Part shown: piece after piece, positions 25,321 through 39,849 of the stretch
How positions within the stretch are numbered: the stretch's first letter is position 1
Layout: every line of letters starts with the position of its first letter
Source: Octopus vulgaris
Taxonomy: Eukaryota
Reading direction: 5' to 3'
NCBI GenBank assembly: GCA_951406725.2
Contig: OX597823.1
Span: 74,834,001-74,898,000 of the forward strand
DNA: 64,000 nt
The notes under the pieces: generated by a model
The model's input: the letters and a program-made list of their open reading frames with translations, nothing else
Told to the model about the DNA's origin: nothing
The model's database searches: none
Translations under genes and position numbers: made by a program

Positions 25321-28307
25321 TTTATTTTCTGGATAATATCCGTTAAAAATGTTGCTACTTTTAACCTGTTGTTTCTCCAATGGTCCATGGAACAATAATA
25401 GTTGGCATAAACGTTACTACTTACTGTTTCGTTCCTCCATCACCAAGAATAATTGTGTGTAATCATTCATCCTTGTTTCTTGTGTACCAATATTAAAACA
25501 GACTAGATGTGTGCAAATGGAATGTATTTTATTAGTACACATCTTTGACGGGAAAATTAACTTCAAATTAATAAACATAATATAGAACAATATTTTGTTT
25601 ATATGAAATTCACTTATAAATTACATGTAAAAAGTAATTTTTTTTCAAATCATTAAGTATTTTACACGCTACAAATGAATGTCATCAATGCGCACATCTC
25701 ATAACCCTTACGAATGGTAGAATAATCTTAGCTATCTGTTATGTTTATTGCCCTTCCACTTTCTAGATTCCTGACACTTAGACATGCGTTGGCCTTAAAT
25801 GCGTAAGATTGTCGATGACGGAAATCTCAAATGATTTACCGAATATAGTAAGTTACATAAAGGTCAAGTCACTGACCTATCGTAAATGGTGTTAAGGTAG
25901 CTTATTTAGAAAGGTATCTTCTACACTGGAACTGCTCGTACCTATTTCTAAAGCGTTTAATATTGCTTGATATTAATTATTAGAGCTTATTATCTGAATA
26001 AAATATTGTTCGAATATTTGTAATTTGTCAGGACCACCCAGAAGAAAACAAATAGTGAAAGGGGAGTAGGGGATTAATATCATTTCTAGATATTGCCATA
26101 TAGTATTTGACATTTACTCGTTGATATATTTCTTCTCACCTTATTTGAGATAAGTTTAAAGTAACCAATTAATCTAATAAAAAATACGAAAATTACCCGA
26201 ATGAAATTTACTTTCCTTGTCATTGCTTTCTTTGTTATTGTTATTGTTTGTTGTCAAAGCGTTCTTATCAATATGAGAAGTCACGAGGAACGATATTTAT
26301 CAGATTCTTTTGTAACTGCTGGATGCAAATAAGTTCTGAGAAAGGAGCAGACTAAATATTTTCTCTTGCAATTCACATTCTCTTCTGAGAACCACTAGAG
26401 GTATCAATATAAATGTATTTCGTTGCTAGTTTTAAGTTCGTAGTTTAAGTTCCGGTGATAAGTAACCAAAAATTCTTGTTGAGTGTTGGCCGAAAGTTAC
26501 TTTTCGTATGATTCATTTTAAACAAGATGAAATGTTTATTTAAATATCATAAGAAAGGTTACTTGCTTCCCATGAATTCTAATATAAAAATACAGTCATA
26601 TACCAGTAATATATGTAAAGAAAGTCATTGGTCTAAATAAGCACACTAAAAATAGTAATGGGTATGATTTAGAGAAAAGAAAGGATGGAAAGGTCACAAA
26701 CTAATGAAGGGGATAGAGAATAGGAGAGGGAGAGAGAGGGAAGGGAGAGGAGAAATGATATATAAGGAGAGAGTGAGGGAGAGAGGAAGGCAGAGATAGA
26801 GAGAGGGAGACAATTGTGAGAACCACAAATTCGTACAAGGATTGCATCGTGGTTTATTATTGAAACTTTATTTTAATCATCGCTTGTTTTGAAGGGCAAT
26901 TTCATTGCAATTTAAATGTTGACTTAATTTTGTTGTACCTTTTGTTCATGTTGAGACAAACAATTATATTTTATCGATAGCCTCAATTTTCTTTTGTTAA
27001 TAGTTATTACAATGTGTTAATAATTATCGTTTACTTTTCATTAATTTAAATAGTTTTCCAATCACGTTTACAGATACAAATTAATTTATGGTGAAATGTG
27101 CTCTGGTACGTCTATGTTTGGCTCTTTTCTAAATAACACATTTTAATTTACAATAAGTCCTTAAGTAAAGACCATCTCTTTCATTCTCTAAATTTCCCAA
27201 TGTACCAAATACCTATTATGCTCAGAAACCTTATTGCAAGTAAATTTCTATTAATTTTGAATGAATGAAAAGATCGCGTGCAGTGTGAGTTTGATGAAAC
27301 GATGCATTGAATCCAATTGGCGCTTATATTAGAAGAAGATGCCAAAATATAAATGGAACTTAGCTTGAAATAAGAAACTAAAATACGTGTAATGCAATAA
27401 AAATAAAGAATTATCAACGTGTGAAAGAAAATAAATGTAAACCATATAAAGAATTGAAAATCTTGGAGCTAAATGATAAAAAAGATGACGAACTGAAAAC
27501 ACTCGTAGAAGAAGGAGCCGTGGAGGTAAATTTCTCTGATATACTACAAAATGTCGGTGACATTGCCTATAAATCAACTTAAGGATTTTGTCAATATTTA
27601 ACTTCGAAATACCTATCTCAATTATCAAGTTGGAGACAAAAGAATCGCTTTCCGTACAGCATATTCGCAAATATCTGCACATTACATAAAAGACGTTTGT
27701 TAAATAGAAAAGTTCAATTGTAAGTAGAAATATATGTAAGTACCTAAATACATACACATGAAATAAACATCAAATTTAAACATGCAAACTCACATATTTG
27801 AACGGCTAAATGCTGTGTATAAGGCAAAATGACATTGATATTTCGATGTGTCTGTATTGATACATATATGACAAAAGTTGACAATTAAATTGAAGATGAC
27901 CTCATATTTTAGCAGAGTATATTTTCTTTGTAAAAGTAATGTATGCTATTTCTGTTTGTGTGTATGCTTGAGTAGATTTGTATTCGCATAGCCAGGTAGG
28001 AAATTTGCGAGTGAATCTAGAGGACAGAATCTATGGGTAGATATGAGTGAGGGTGGGAGAGCGAAAACTAATGTAGTCCAAAATATGCTTATACACACCG
28101 GCGCACGCACACACACTCACACAAACACACAGACACACACACACACACAACGTCAAAATTGGCATAACATATAGAGCATGATAGTATACCTACAAAACTC
28201 GCTGAAAACCATAGGACTTTCGAATATATACCTCACCATACGCATCCTTGAAATTTCCACTCTGTGCAGCTTCTGACTGTTTTCTTTCCTCTATTCCCCT
28301 CCCTCTC

Positions 28308-28329
<22 letters not shown>

Positions 28330-28350
<21 letters not shown>

Positions 28351-28502
28351 AGTTAATCCAAACATGAAAACACAGCAAAGCGAGGACGTGGAACAAGTAT
28401 AGTATTATTGGATGCTCAGGAAAGAAGGAGGGTTTAACGTTTCGAGCGGAAACATAGGAAAAGGAAAGATCCAAAGAAAGGAAGACGGAGGAAAAAAATC
28501 GC
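28330..28502 (-). mobile_element. short Penelope pseudo-LTR-like relic between (TA)n tracts
   Basis: Non-microsatellite island in (TA)n. The minus strand has CTC-GAAA-CGTTA (hammerhead 3' half with palindromic AACGTT), but the CTGANGA core is missing. Confidence 0.4.
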
Positions 28503-30860
28503 TATATATATATATCGCGAGGGAAAGTGAAAAGGAGAAAAACAGAACTTGAGAGACAGAACTTATTAATTTGTTAATGTTATCAGTAAATTACGTCCAT
28601 GTTTTTATCACCAAGTGAGTGCTGGGAACAGGATGAAACAATTATTTCTTTTCTTTTTTAAGCAACAGTCAGTTTCAATATAAATCCGTCCAATAGTTTC
28701 AAGTATGAGATTAAATGCTCATTCCTTAAGCAGTTAACAGTGAAGAATTTAACTGCGTATGTGTACATAATTGTGCATCTGATTAAGTTGTTAAAAGAAG
28801 TTGGGTGTGATACACTAAACGAACCACGAATGTAATTTCGATGTTAATGCGTTAAATTCTATGAAATGTTGTCAATGTTTATTTTAATAACCTTTGTACA
28901 TGTTTTATGGTGTGTAGCAATAGGCACTGTAAGTTTCATGTTTGTCAATGCTTACTGTACTAATTACGAATGATGGCACTGCTATAAAGATAAAGAGGTT
29001 ATCCGTTGAGTATATCCTGATGGAGGGTCTGTTGGTGAATGTCATTTGGATTTTGAAAAACATAGTCATTGTGGTTTGGATCCCATTGAGACGTCAATAT
29101 ATATTCATTAGATAGATATTCTCTGCTGAGAGCAGTAACTGTATAATGTATCGTGTGTCACGGTGAACTGTAAACAAAACGATTTCATGAAATTTTTAGG
29201 AAGTCTCACTTGAGACGCGAGCTTCATAATCAGCATATAATCTTTTCGACGAATGAAATTCATCAGTTTCATAAAGATTTTTGTAAGAAAATAATTCGTC
29301 CAGCATGTAAACAAAACACAGAAAAATACTGGACGTTAATAAATATACTTTTACCAACAACAATATATAGTTTCTGTCCACAAAAGTATTTAAGATAATA
29401 ACATACTGATGCAAGAAAAGACCATTACTGCAGAGTAAACTCATCTTGTAAATATAACACTACGTCGATAATGGCAAACTTTGGTAACGAGTCAAAGTGT
29501 TATTTACAATATGAGTTTTCTAACTGTATGTAAGATTCTGGAACACACAAGCGATTAACATTAAACGCCTTTGAAGTACTTCTTGATTGCATCAATTAGG
29601 AACAAAAAATAACGTTGGAAACGGAACGCAAAATATCTTCGACAATAAATAAGTATGTAAATAAAACTAAAAATACGGAATGGAAATTTGTTTTCACCTT
29701 CTGTTGAAGACACTGGCAGTGGGGTATGTTAAAATATTCACATGTGTAGCAAAATAAATTCTACGAACATATGAGGTTTCCTTTTCATTGCCACATAAGT
29801 CATTAGTGTCCAACGAACTATGGTTCGTGTGTTTTACTGGCAAATGCATGACTATCCTCAAGTATATCAATATCATTTTCCACACATGATGTCAAAGGAA
29901 GAACCTTGCAAAACAGATATATGAAAGAAGCACCCGTGTCCAATTATACACCTATATACACATATATATATACATCCATATATACATCCATATATACACA
30001 CATACATACCTACGCACATTCACTCAAACACACACACACACGCACGCACACACACATGCATACATACATACATACATCATATATATATGAATACACATAC
30101 AACTTCGAGGGTAAACAGGTTAAGTCTCACCGCTGTTGGATTTGCAACGTACACTTCCGTACATAAACATTAAAATATATGTCGAATACGTTCTACGCGG
30201 TTCTGTATCTGTGGCCACGGAAACTAACTTCCTTACATCTAAATGTCATATTATACTTATGGAAAAAGCAAACCAGACAGTCAGACTGTCTGAAACACTA
30301 TATACGATATTTAGTATAATTATTGAGAAAATATAGCTATGATGGGATGGGTGTTCATAGCTGATTTAACGTAACGCTGATTTACCAATTTGTCTTCATT
30401 ATAAAATCAACAGTTAGAAAGGAAAGTGAACACGTTGCTTTAAGACAGCCAATCTTCGACATTGTCATAATGTTGTTTCTTCGTAAAAGGTGAAACAATT
30501 ATTCTCCATATGAATGAAATTCAACTAGAAATCTAATAATCGAATGGGAATGGTTTTGCAGATGTCTATGTCTATCGAAAATCAACATTTGAACTCCATT
30601 CTATAACAGTGACCCTGTACTCAGATTTTTGACCAAATACACAAGTAGTTCAGAAACATAGCACAGCAGATATATAATTACAAATAGCATAGTTCGTATT
30701 AGCCTTTGACAATTTCTTAGCCGCATTTAACGTCAGGTACTTTTTAGTACGTGTCACACTAAACCTGCAGAAAATTATTTATTAAATATTTAGAGAAAAT
30801 ATCACTGTACAAAAAGTTTACAATATAGAAAACATATTTATATTTTTCAGTCACAATCTA

Positions 30861-31400
30861 TTGGTTTGTCCGGAAAGTTCGTACCGATTTATAGTAGCTT
30901 ACCTTTCGAATTATTTTAGAACATAAAATAGGATTTGACTAGACCTCTATTTAGAGCACATTTTAAGTTATCTTTTCGTAGAAGAAGGTTTATGTTCCTA
31001 TAACCTGTGTTAATTCTGAAACACTTTAAAATGGAAGATAAGCACTTGATGCTTTTGGGAACCAGACAAAATTGCTAAAGCTCGGCTAGAATGTGTTACC
31101 CCACCCTCCATATTCACCTGATATTGCTCCTTCGGATTTCCATTTATTCAGGTCTCTGCAGAATTATCTTAATGGTAAAAATTTCAATTCCTTGGATGAC
31201 GTAAAAAGATACCTTGATGAATTTTTTGCCATGAAACCACTTCAATTCTGGGAAGAGGTTATTTTCAAGTTAAAGGAAATATGGAAACGCATTGTGCAAC
31301 AAAATGGTTCATATTTGGTTGATTAAAAATGTAGTGGCAAGTATTTATTGACCTTTTTCTTTCCTTTACAAATCGGCACGAACTTTCCGGACATTCTTAA
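30861..31400 (+). mobile_element. internally deleted mariner transposon
   Basis: TIRs TGTCCGGAAAGTTCGTACCGATTT (30867-30890) and AAATCGGCACGAACTTTCCGGACA (31370-31393), preceded by TA. ORF 31093-31326 has HPPYSPDIAPSDFHLFRSL...W...NG.Y (mariner C-terminal motif). Confidence 0.92.
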
Positions 31401-32014
31401 CCGTGTGGTTACTTCATTAATCTGAGCTCTAATTGAAATATATTAAACTGGCTTGTAAATATTCTGAAAAACTGAGATATTTCTAGCATTCAATTGGTGG
31501 ATTGAAACGAGGGTCCAAAAAAAATTACACTCGATATGTAAACTGTATCCGATAAGAAATTTATTCATGTAGAAGAAGAATATATTACATCTATGTTAAA
31601 GTACATAATACTAAATTGGACTCAAGCCACGCTGTTCAAATTAGATGTGCGAATGAATCCTCAGTGACGCGCATTTGGTTGGAAACATTCAGCAAAGTGA
31701 GAAAATGGAAATCTAGGCCATAATATGCAGCAGATAAATGTAAGCTGAGAGCAAAACACTAGTGCAAGAGCGCAACATATATAGGATAGTCTAAATTAAC
31801 GATAGGAAGAAGGCATAATCACTACACAGTCCTTTGCGTCATAAAATGACATGCCTCAACTTTGGAGTAGCGACTCAGCAAATCTTTAAAGCAAGTAGCT
31901 TCTGAACGTGCGTCTATGAATGTATATATATATATATATGTGCGTGTGGGGGGTGAAAGTGCGAAAATGTGTGTCTGTGTACGCGTGTATCTTAATGTTA
32001 GGTTCTCCTGCGCC

Positions 32015-32330
32015 GAGTGCTACACTGGGCGGCAAATCTTCTCCATCGTGGTCGCTCGGTTTCATCCCAGCTTTGAGGTCGTTAGTGAAGGTGCGGCGCC
32101 CTTCTTTTCTCTTGCCAAACGGTGGTTTCCACAGAATGGTGGTTTTCACATGCCGCGACGATGGTAATCAGGGGTCATGACCAGATGGAGGGGCCTGGTA
32201 TCAATTCGGTGATGTATCTCGTCTTTTGTGATATGGTCCTGATATGATATTTGCCGTACCCCCCGGAAGCATCGTAGCTGAAATGCATTAAGTCTTCGCG
32301 CGATCTTTGCCGATGTCTTCCACTTATAAG
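32015..32330 (-). mobile_element. RTE-type LINE 3' fragment
   Basis: IARRLNAFQLRCFRGVRQISYQDHIT..EI and ILWKPPFGKRKEGRR motifs. Confidence 0.65.
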
Positions 32331-32428
32331 TGTGTATGTATATCTCTATGTTCCGTTGATCGGATCAACTGGAACCATCATCCTCGTAAGCGACGCAGTT
32401 CCACAAAATCTATCTATCTATCTTTCTA

Positions 32429-32501
<73 letters not shown>

Positions 32502-32550
32502 GTAACAGAAAAGAGGAATTTCGGGTGTCCCCACGTTGTGGATTGTAAAG

Positions 32551-32784
32551 TATATAAGAAATTAAAAACGGAAAATACGCACACTTACATGGTTAAAGTA
32601 TAATTTTTAAAATCATTCACTCGTGACTTTCATTACAAACAACATGGACCTAATTTCTTCTTAAGAAAAAATATATTTTCATATAAATTAAACATTTTAT
32701 CATGAATAGCGATTGCGAAACCGGTCGATACATTAAAAATTATACTACAACCATTTAAGTGTGCGTATGTTCCGTTTTTAATTT

Positions 32785-32792
<8 letters not shown>
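32551..32792. repeat. ~60-bp inverted repeat enclosing a decayed hammerhead, between (TA)n tracts
   Basis: Arms 32551-32610 and 32733-32792. TATC-ATGAATA-GCGATTGC-GAAA-CCGG-TC-GATA at 32698-32730. Confidence 0.7.
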
Positions 32793-32845
<53 letters not shown>

Positions 32846-32866
32846 TTATACTTTGATATATATATA

Positions 32867-33177
32867 GGAAAATGTCGTCAGAATTTTGGAAAATATATTT
32901 TTATTTCTACATTATTATTAGCGCCTTCGGTCGTTTCTCAAACTTGTGACATAGAATTTTGTGAATGTACAAACACCTTTTTGATTGATATAAAACACAT
33001 GTTTTGGGGGAGTTTTGAGAACATTGGAGGAGAACATTCTTTTTGTTTTTTGGGGTGATGTTACATGACAATGGAGATAGATAGACATATAAGTAGGTGG
33101 ATAGGCTGATAGATAGATAGATAAATAGATAGATGTATATTCAGACATATATCTATCGATATATCTATCTGTTTGAA

Positions 33178-33209
<32 letters not shown>

Positions 33210-33462
33210 AGCCTATCTACTAACCAATATTTCCATCCATCTTTCTCCATTGTCATGGAACCTAATCCCCCAAAAGAAAATATATATTCTCCTCTTCCAA
33301 TTTGTCACCCCACCACCACCACCAAAAAGAAACATCTGTTTTAGATAAATGAACAAGCTGTTTATATATTCATAAAATTCGATTTGACATGTTCGAGAAA
33401 CGAAAGAAAGGGCAAACAATAATGAAGAAATAAGATATCTTTCAAAATCCTGACCTTTTTCC
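32867..33462. repeat. ~600-bp diverged palindrome (foldback/MITE-like)
   Basis: Arms are reverse complements, e.g. CATGACAATGGAGA/TCTCCATTGTCATG, GATAGGCTGATAG/CTATCAGCCTATC and CGTTTCTC/GAGAAACG. Centre ~33157; (GATA)n/(TATC)n inside. Confidence 0.75.
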
Positions 33463-33497
33463 GAATGTTCAATTTCTGTACACCACACCTAACAGTC

Positions 33498-33559
<62 letters not shown>

Positions 33560-33561
<2 letters not shown>

Positions 33562-34480
33562 ACATACATACGTATTGATATATCTATATCTAGGTAGTAG
33601 GAGATCTGAAAAATAGTTTTTATGTGTGTTGAGTAATATTCGTTTCTGAAGTTTGATGGTTTAAAAAGCAGTAACAGCCGTGGAAAAAGAAATAAGACAA
33701 GAACAAGAAGATGAACAAGAAGAAGAAAGGGGAGGGGAGAAGGAGAAGAGGAGGAAGGGGAAAAAGAAATAAGACGGGAGTGGTTTGACCTAGTATTAGA
33801 GGAGGCTTTTGGAATCTGGTTTAATGGTGAAGTCACTTAAAAGTGACCTGTTGTTGTTGTAGCAATAGCGATAGGAAGTTCTCTAAATAAGTTAATGGGT
33901 AGACTGTTATTATCGTACCAATTGTTTTAAAATTTTACGTAGGTATTATTCTAAGGTCATTGTACTAGTATCTTTTGTGTTGGAAAAATTCACAAAAAAT
34001 TTATATCTTGTGATAAGATATGATTCTTTGCTAATGCGCTGATTTTAGGTTGCACTGTCCCTAAATTTATAGAGGAGGAAAATTCTGTTATGTTCATTAG
34101 TGGCGAAAATGTCGATGTGTTCGTTTAATGCTATTTTTCTGATTTCCTATATTTTAATCTGGGATCTATGTTCACTCGTCCTCTGACGTAAACTGCTTTT
34201 AGTTTGACCAATGTATTGCTCTCGATACCCTCAGCAAGTTAACACATATATCAGGTCTTCGAAACTACATGTGAATTTCTTTTTCACTGTAAAACTTTGA
34301 CCCTGTTTGAAGGAGAAATCCGATCCCTCAATAAGGGTGATGCATATAATACAGCTAGATTTTTTATATTTTTCTATTACCCGTTTCGATGTTGTTGACG
34401 AGTGCACTTGGGCTTGTGTTAGAATACTTTTCATTGACTTGAGTTGTCTTTTGCTCTTTATGATGGTGCGCGTTTTGAGG
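33560..34480 (-). mobile_element. Penelope-like (Neptune-type) GIY-YIG relic with 3' UTR
   Basis: SSCIICITLIEGSDFSFKQGQSFTVKKKFTCSFEDLIYVLTC*GYREQYIGQTKSSLRQRTSEHRSQI. Homologous to 49399-49812; bounded by microsatellites. Confidence 0.8.
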
Positions 34481-34483
34481 GTT

Positions 34484-34499
34484 TCTTCTTCTTCTTCTT

Positions 34500-34588
<89 letters not shown>

Positions 34589-34593
34589 TATAT
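34484..34593. repeat. (TTC)n(TTA)n(TA)n compound microsatellite
   Basis: Directly visible; separates two Penelope relics. Confidence 0.9.
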
Positions 34594-34599
34594 TCACGA

Positions 34600-35560
34600 A
34601 ACCATTGAAAATACAGTCAAGAAAATTTGCTAATTTAGTATGGTTGTCCCACTTTTGGCTATATGTAAAGTAGACAGTGTAAGTATTCAAACATTTTAAG
34701 ACTAACTTCAATTTTCTATTGTTTCTTCCGGTTCTATATAAAGAAAATCAATATTTTAAATTATCTCCCGCAAACCAATGTTTTCCAAGTCAATCTCTGC
34801 TTAATTTAATTCAGTCATTTTGAAAGATATTTCCTTTCCAAGGCATATGGCGTTTTTCCCATAGATTGGGAATACACGCAAACGTCTCGTCGTTATATCG
34901 TTATAAACATTGCAATAAGTCTAGCTTTGGGGCTATATCAGTAATAGTCTACTTCATATTATGTTGCCGTAATAGTTTGGTATTTAGAAGAGCAGAATGA
35001 TATAATTTCTTAGCTTTCTAACATATGAAGTTGTCTCACTAATTATTGACAGCGGGCCCTGTTACTTTTAAAACATATCCATATATATATAATTCCAGTC
35101 TTCAATGCATGTGTTTGCTCCTAAATTCGGTATTAGAGAGTATAAAAATTTTGCAGATGATTTATTGCATTTGGTATAATATATATCCTGCTTAGGGAAA
35201 TTTGGTTGTAGAATTTTAAAGAAACATTTAGGTAAATTTCTAACCCTGAGTGAGAAAGGAGGGGTGAACCACACAATCTCACGTATTCTAGGTTTGGAAT
35301 TACTGAATATATTAGGATTTTCAGGGGCAGACGGCTTATAGTTATATTTCTTACACTTAATATGTTTATAGTTTCTCGAGTAAAACCCTTTAAGTTGCGG
35401 TTGATTAGTTCTAAGTGAAGTTAATGGGACGAATTTCCTTGAATCTACAGCATTACTTAGGTGTTCATAGAATTCCAGAGCTTCGTCGCTATCCATACGT
35501 TTGTCAAATAAAAATGGATTCTTCCATTGTTGCCAGTATAATATCATTTGCATATGGGCT
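34600..35560 (-). mobile_element. second, older Naiad-type Penelope relic
   Basis: ORF 35068-35553 has EFYEHLSN...IVWFTPPFSLRVRNLPKCFFKILQPNFPKQDIYY...KFLYSLIPNLG, homologous to the HIWFVIPF...NNFP block of the 10492 ORF. Confidence 0.75.
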
Positions 35561-36486
35561 TTGAAAATTTATAAAAAGAACAAAAAAGTTATTCTTTCAT
35601 CTATCAAATACTTAATTACCATGTAGGATTTCATCACGAAGGGAACTATCCTGGTTCGGTGGGGATTATGTTTCTGTATTTGGAATAATTAATACGCCAT
35701 TTATACTATTATTGTACCCCTGAAACAGCTGTAGATAATATTCACCCGAAACCATGTATTTATTTACCTATTTATCTACATATATAACCCTGATTTTTTA
35801 AAATTTTTAACTCATTTCGTATAAACATCAAAATCTAAATTTATTAAAACAGTTCCTTCTGGGAAGACGTTACCTCGTCATTTTTATCTCTTTATTTGTC
35901 ACTCCTCAAATAGATACCTGAACCTAAGCTACATGATGCATAGTTTTCACATATGACTTTGAAGTATAATTTTGTTCACCGATTTATATGTATATTTATT
36001 TGGGTGTGTGTTAAAAATTATGCTGTGAATTTCTATTTGATTCCCTGTTCCTTCTAAAATATCCCTTATCCTTCGATATATACTATATATATACACATGA
36101 ATACATAGATGCATATTTATTTGTATGTGGGTGTAATATGTGTGAATATGCGTGGGTTTGTGTGTGTTCGTGTGTTTGTTATGTGTGTGTGTGTGTGTGT
36201 GTGTGTGTATACATTCATGCATATATATAATAAACCTTCGGAATTGGAAATTGAAAAGCCGCGGCGAAAATGAAAAGTTTTTCTCTAGAAATCTGATCCG
36301 ATAATTTTTGGACAATAAGCTCCTAATGGTATCCATAAAAATTATAATTATCAAATATTAGGGAAAAAGATTCCGAGGGTTAAACACATATTTATTGATC
36401 CTAATCTCCTATAAAATATATTTGAAAACACTTTAGTATTCAATATAGTTCACTTGCAACACGTTCAGTTAAACAGCACACACATA

Positions 36487-36690
<204 letters not shown>

Positions 36691-39600
36691 TGAGTATGCC
36701 TTTTGCTTGTGTTTATATAAGTATATTATTTAATTCAAGATGTTGCACGTGATCAATATTGAAATTAAAATCTTTACATATAATGCTTGACCCTAAGGTG
36801 GGGAACTGGCAGAATCTTCAGCACGCCGGATAAAACACTTAGCGGTTTTTCGTCCGCTTTCATTTTCTGATTTTAAATTTCTCTGAAGTTTGCCTGTTAC
36901 ATAAATTTCCCCTTCTTGCCCATAGTTCTTTTCTGTATTTTCTCTTTTGAAGTCTCATCTCATATTTCCAATGGTGTTCATTCAATATTTTAAGAAGATA
37001 TGTTCCTGATATATAACATTTTAAAAACCACTGGTATCAATAATCGACACCTCATCTGACAAATAATCCTCATAATTGCAGTCATAAAGAAATAAGCACT
37101 AGGTTCTATACATTCATATTACGATAGATATATTTATTTCAAGTGTGTTGGAAATGCTATTCTCTAAAGCATTTGTGAAGTGAATCTGTCCTTATGATAA
37201 CAAATAATCTGAGTAACGAAAAACAATCATATTTTCATATAAATACAGCATTGTTTAGTAAATATTTCTGAACGAGATGGAAAATTGTGAAGATTTCTCA
37301 TCTCAAAATATTCATACAGAACTGAGGGTTCAGCATCTTTTCTACGAATCTGTCCTTAGCTTCATTTAAATTCTATCATTTGACTGGAAAATTCATACCT
37401 CTGCATCAATAAAAAACATGTATACAGAAATTCGCAAAAAATCTGAATTTCTGTAAAAGGCCAGACACATTTTCCTGTGATATTAGCCAGTTGTATAAAT
37501 AGACATATCATAAATGGGCTCTGATGCTGAATGTGTGATGCTTAATTCTCATAAGAAATACAGTAACGTTCCAAGAAAACTTGTAGCCTCCACTCAGGCT
37601 GATGATCAAAAAATTTTCATTTTTGTTGGTCGAATAATAGACCTTCCCTTGCAATCGATTCATGTGACCCAAACAGTTGATCCATGTTAACACTTCATAA
37701 GTATTTAGCAATATAACACAAAAGTTATGTTTTGTTTGTTCCCCTGGAATTATTCGCAATTCAGTTGTAAGCTAAAGTACTTGTTCGTTAAAGCAACCGT
37801 ATGCCTGGAAGTTTGGAGGACTTTGCTATTTATTGAAAATACCACTAAGTTTAGCATCGTCTTTTTTATGACCCGTAACAAGAAGTATTATGCTAAATTA
37901 TACATGATCACTAGTTCTGGAATATATAACCTTGCAGCCACTCACACCCTGCAACGAAACTCTACTTATTCATTGAGCGCAAGTTTTCAGACATGAGAGA
38001 ACATTAAAACATGTATATCCATTCGAATGGACTTAATACACCTCAGTGAAGCTAACGGTTATAAGAATTATCAGTACAAATTCATATAGCGAAGTAAATG
38101 TGTTTTTATTCGAATGGAAAGCTGCGCATTAACTTAAATCACACAGAATATTAAAACTATAAACCAAACGATTGTGGGAAATATTTGGCAGCCAATAAAC
38201 CTCGACCATCAAATAAAAACACAGTTTACACGCTCATATAACATAAAGACATAATTTAGAATTAAATTACCTTTAGGAAGAGAGATATAATTTCCTCCGA
38301 AATCATAGTTCTCCATTGTGTTTAATGAATGAAAAATTGTACCGATCCGTATAACTTTTAGAATGAATATTATACTTTATCTTTGTCTTTTTTTTTTATT
38401 TTCTGTAATTTATAGCCAGTCGCTGCGACCGGAACGTACATTTATATTATTTGTCCTAACCGAAAGCAGAACTGTTCAATAAATCAGCTTTATCAGCGTA
38501 AATAAATATAAGTTGATTTTATTGACGAATGTGAAAGTGCAGATTCAGCTAAAGGCTGTAGTAAGTTCTAGCAACGGATAAACACGACATTTATTTCTGT
38601 CTGTTTCCATTGGTCCTTTCAGTCAATGAAGCAGGTGTTTTGCTACGATATAATTTTTTTTAAAGAAATATTTTTAGCAGAGTATATAAGACATAAAGTT
38701 ACTTAAATATACATGATTAGAAATATTACTGCTACTGGCGAAGATGATTTGTAAACCATCGGGTTGTTACTATTGTCTTTGAGATTATCACTTAATATTA
38801 GAGTACGGTCTATTGTTTCATTTTTTATAAGAAATAATGTATACAATACAATACAATACACACTTCAACTGCATTCCTATTTTAGATTTATTTCTTTTTC
38901 AGACCAGTTATGTTTGAGCGACAATAAGTGTACTTAGTACGAAGCAGGAATATTACGATGGAATTTACCATATTGCATTACCTGTGTTTCAAAACTGTCA
39001 TTTTAACACTTTCACGTATGGCGTGAGAATTCTTAACCGAAATATTTCTAATCATGTGATGGTTTCTAGCCATAAATATTACAGCTAAAAGTTCGGCTAG
39101 ATTTTGAATTTTGGGAGATTCAAAAGTGGAATCCCTTTCTATTTATTGCCGACGAACAGATCAGACATTAGTAGTTCTTGTAGACAATCTTTGAAAGGTA
39201 AGATTGCTTTTCATTGTAATTTTGTTTCTTCTACTTTGTTTTATCAAATAAACAAAATACATTTGTATTGTTTCATGTCGTGTTAAATTAGCTAGGAAGA
39301 ACACATTTTGCAAAAGTAGATATCTGCTCAACGAAATATCTTTATTCATTTCTTGTTATACACAAACAGTATTCATTAATAGTGAAAATGTACCGAATAT
39401 TTCTTGGTTTAAATGCATTGTATGCATAAAACAAAATTTCGATTTCTCTAGCGACTTTATGTATGAGCTGCTAACTTGTATATTTCTTATATATGTCTAT
39501 ATCTCTTTTTTTAGCGATGAATGGTGCAGGCAAATTCTAAGTAAAAACAGTGGGAAGATTTTATGGCAGAAATCCTGATATATCGATCCACATCTGAGAA

Positions 39601-39849
39601 AATCAAACATTTTTGGTTTGTCAAAAGCAATTGTTGATTTTGGCACCAGTGATGCTGAGGCCAACGAGGATAAAAAATTATGAAACATCAGCAGTCGAAG
39701 CTCATATCGGAAGAAGAGGTAGAATGTTCTTAGAGTAACCGGTTTAACTATTTGAAGGAACACAATGACGAAGTGATAATCACAAGTCAAAGCAGTTAGT
39801 GCCCCAAGACATTTTAAGAAGATTTCAAAACTGAAGAAAAGGGGGACAA

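Noticed and set aside
34228-34236. In-frame TGA in LTC*GY as selenocysteine
   Set aside because: The TGA aligns to a non-Cys position (LTCASC in the 49 kb paralog), and the copy is otherwise decayed.
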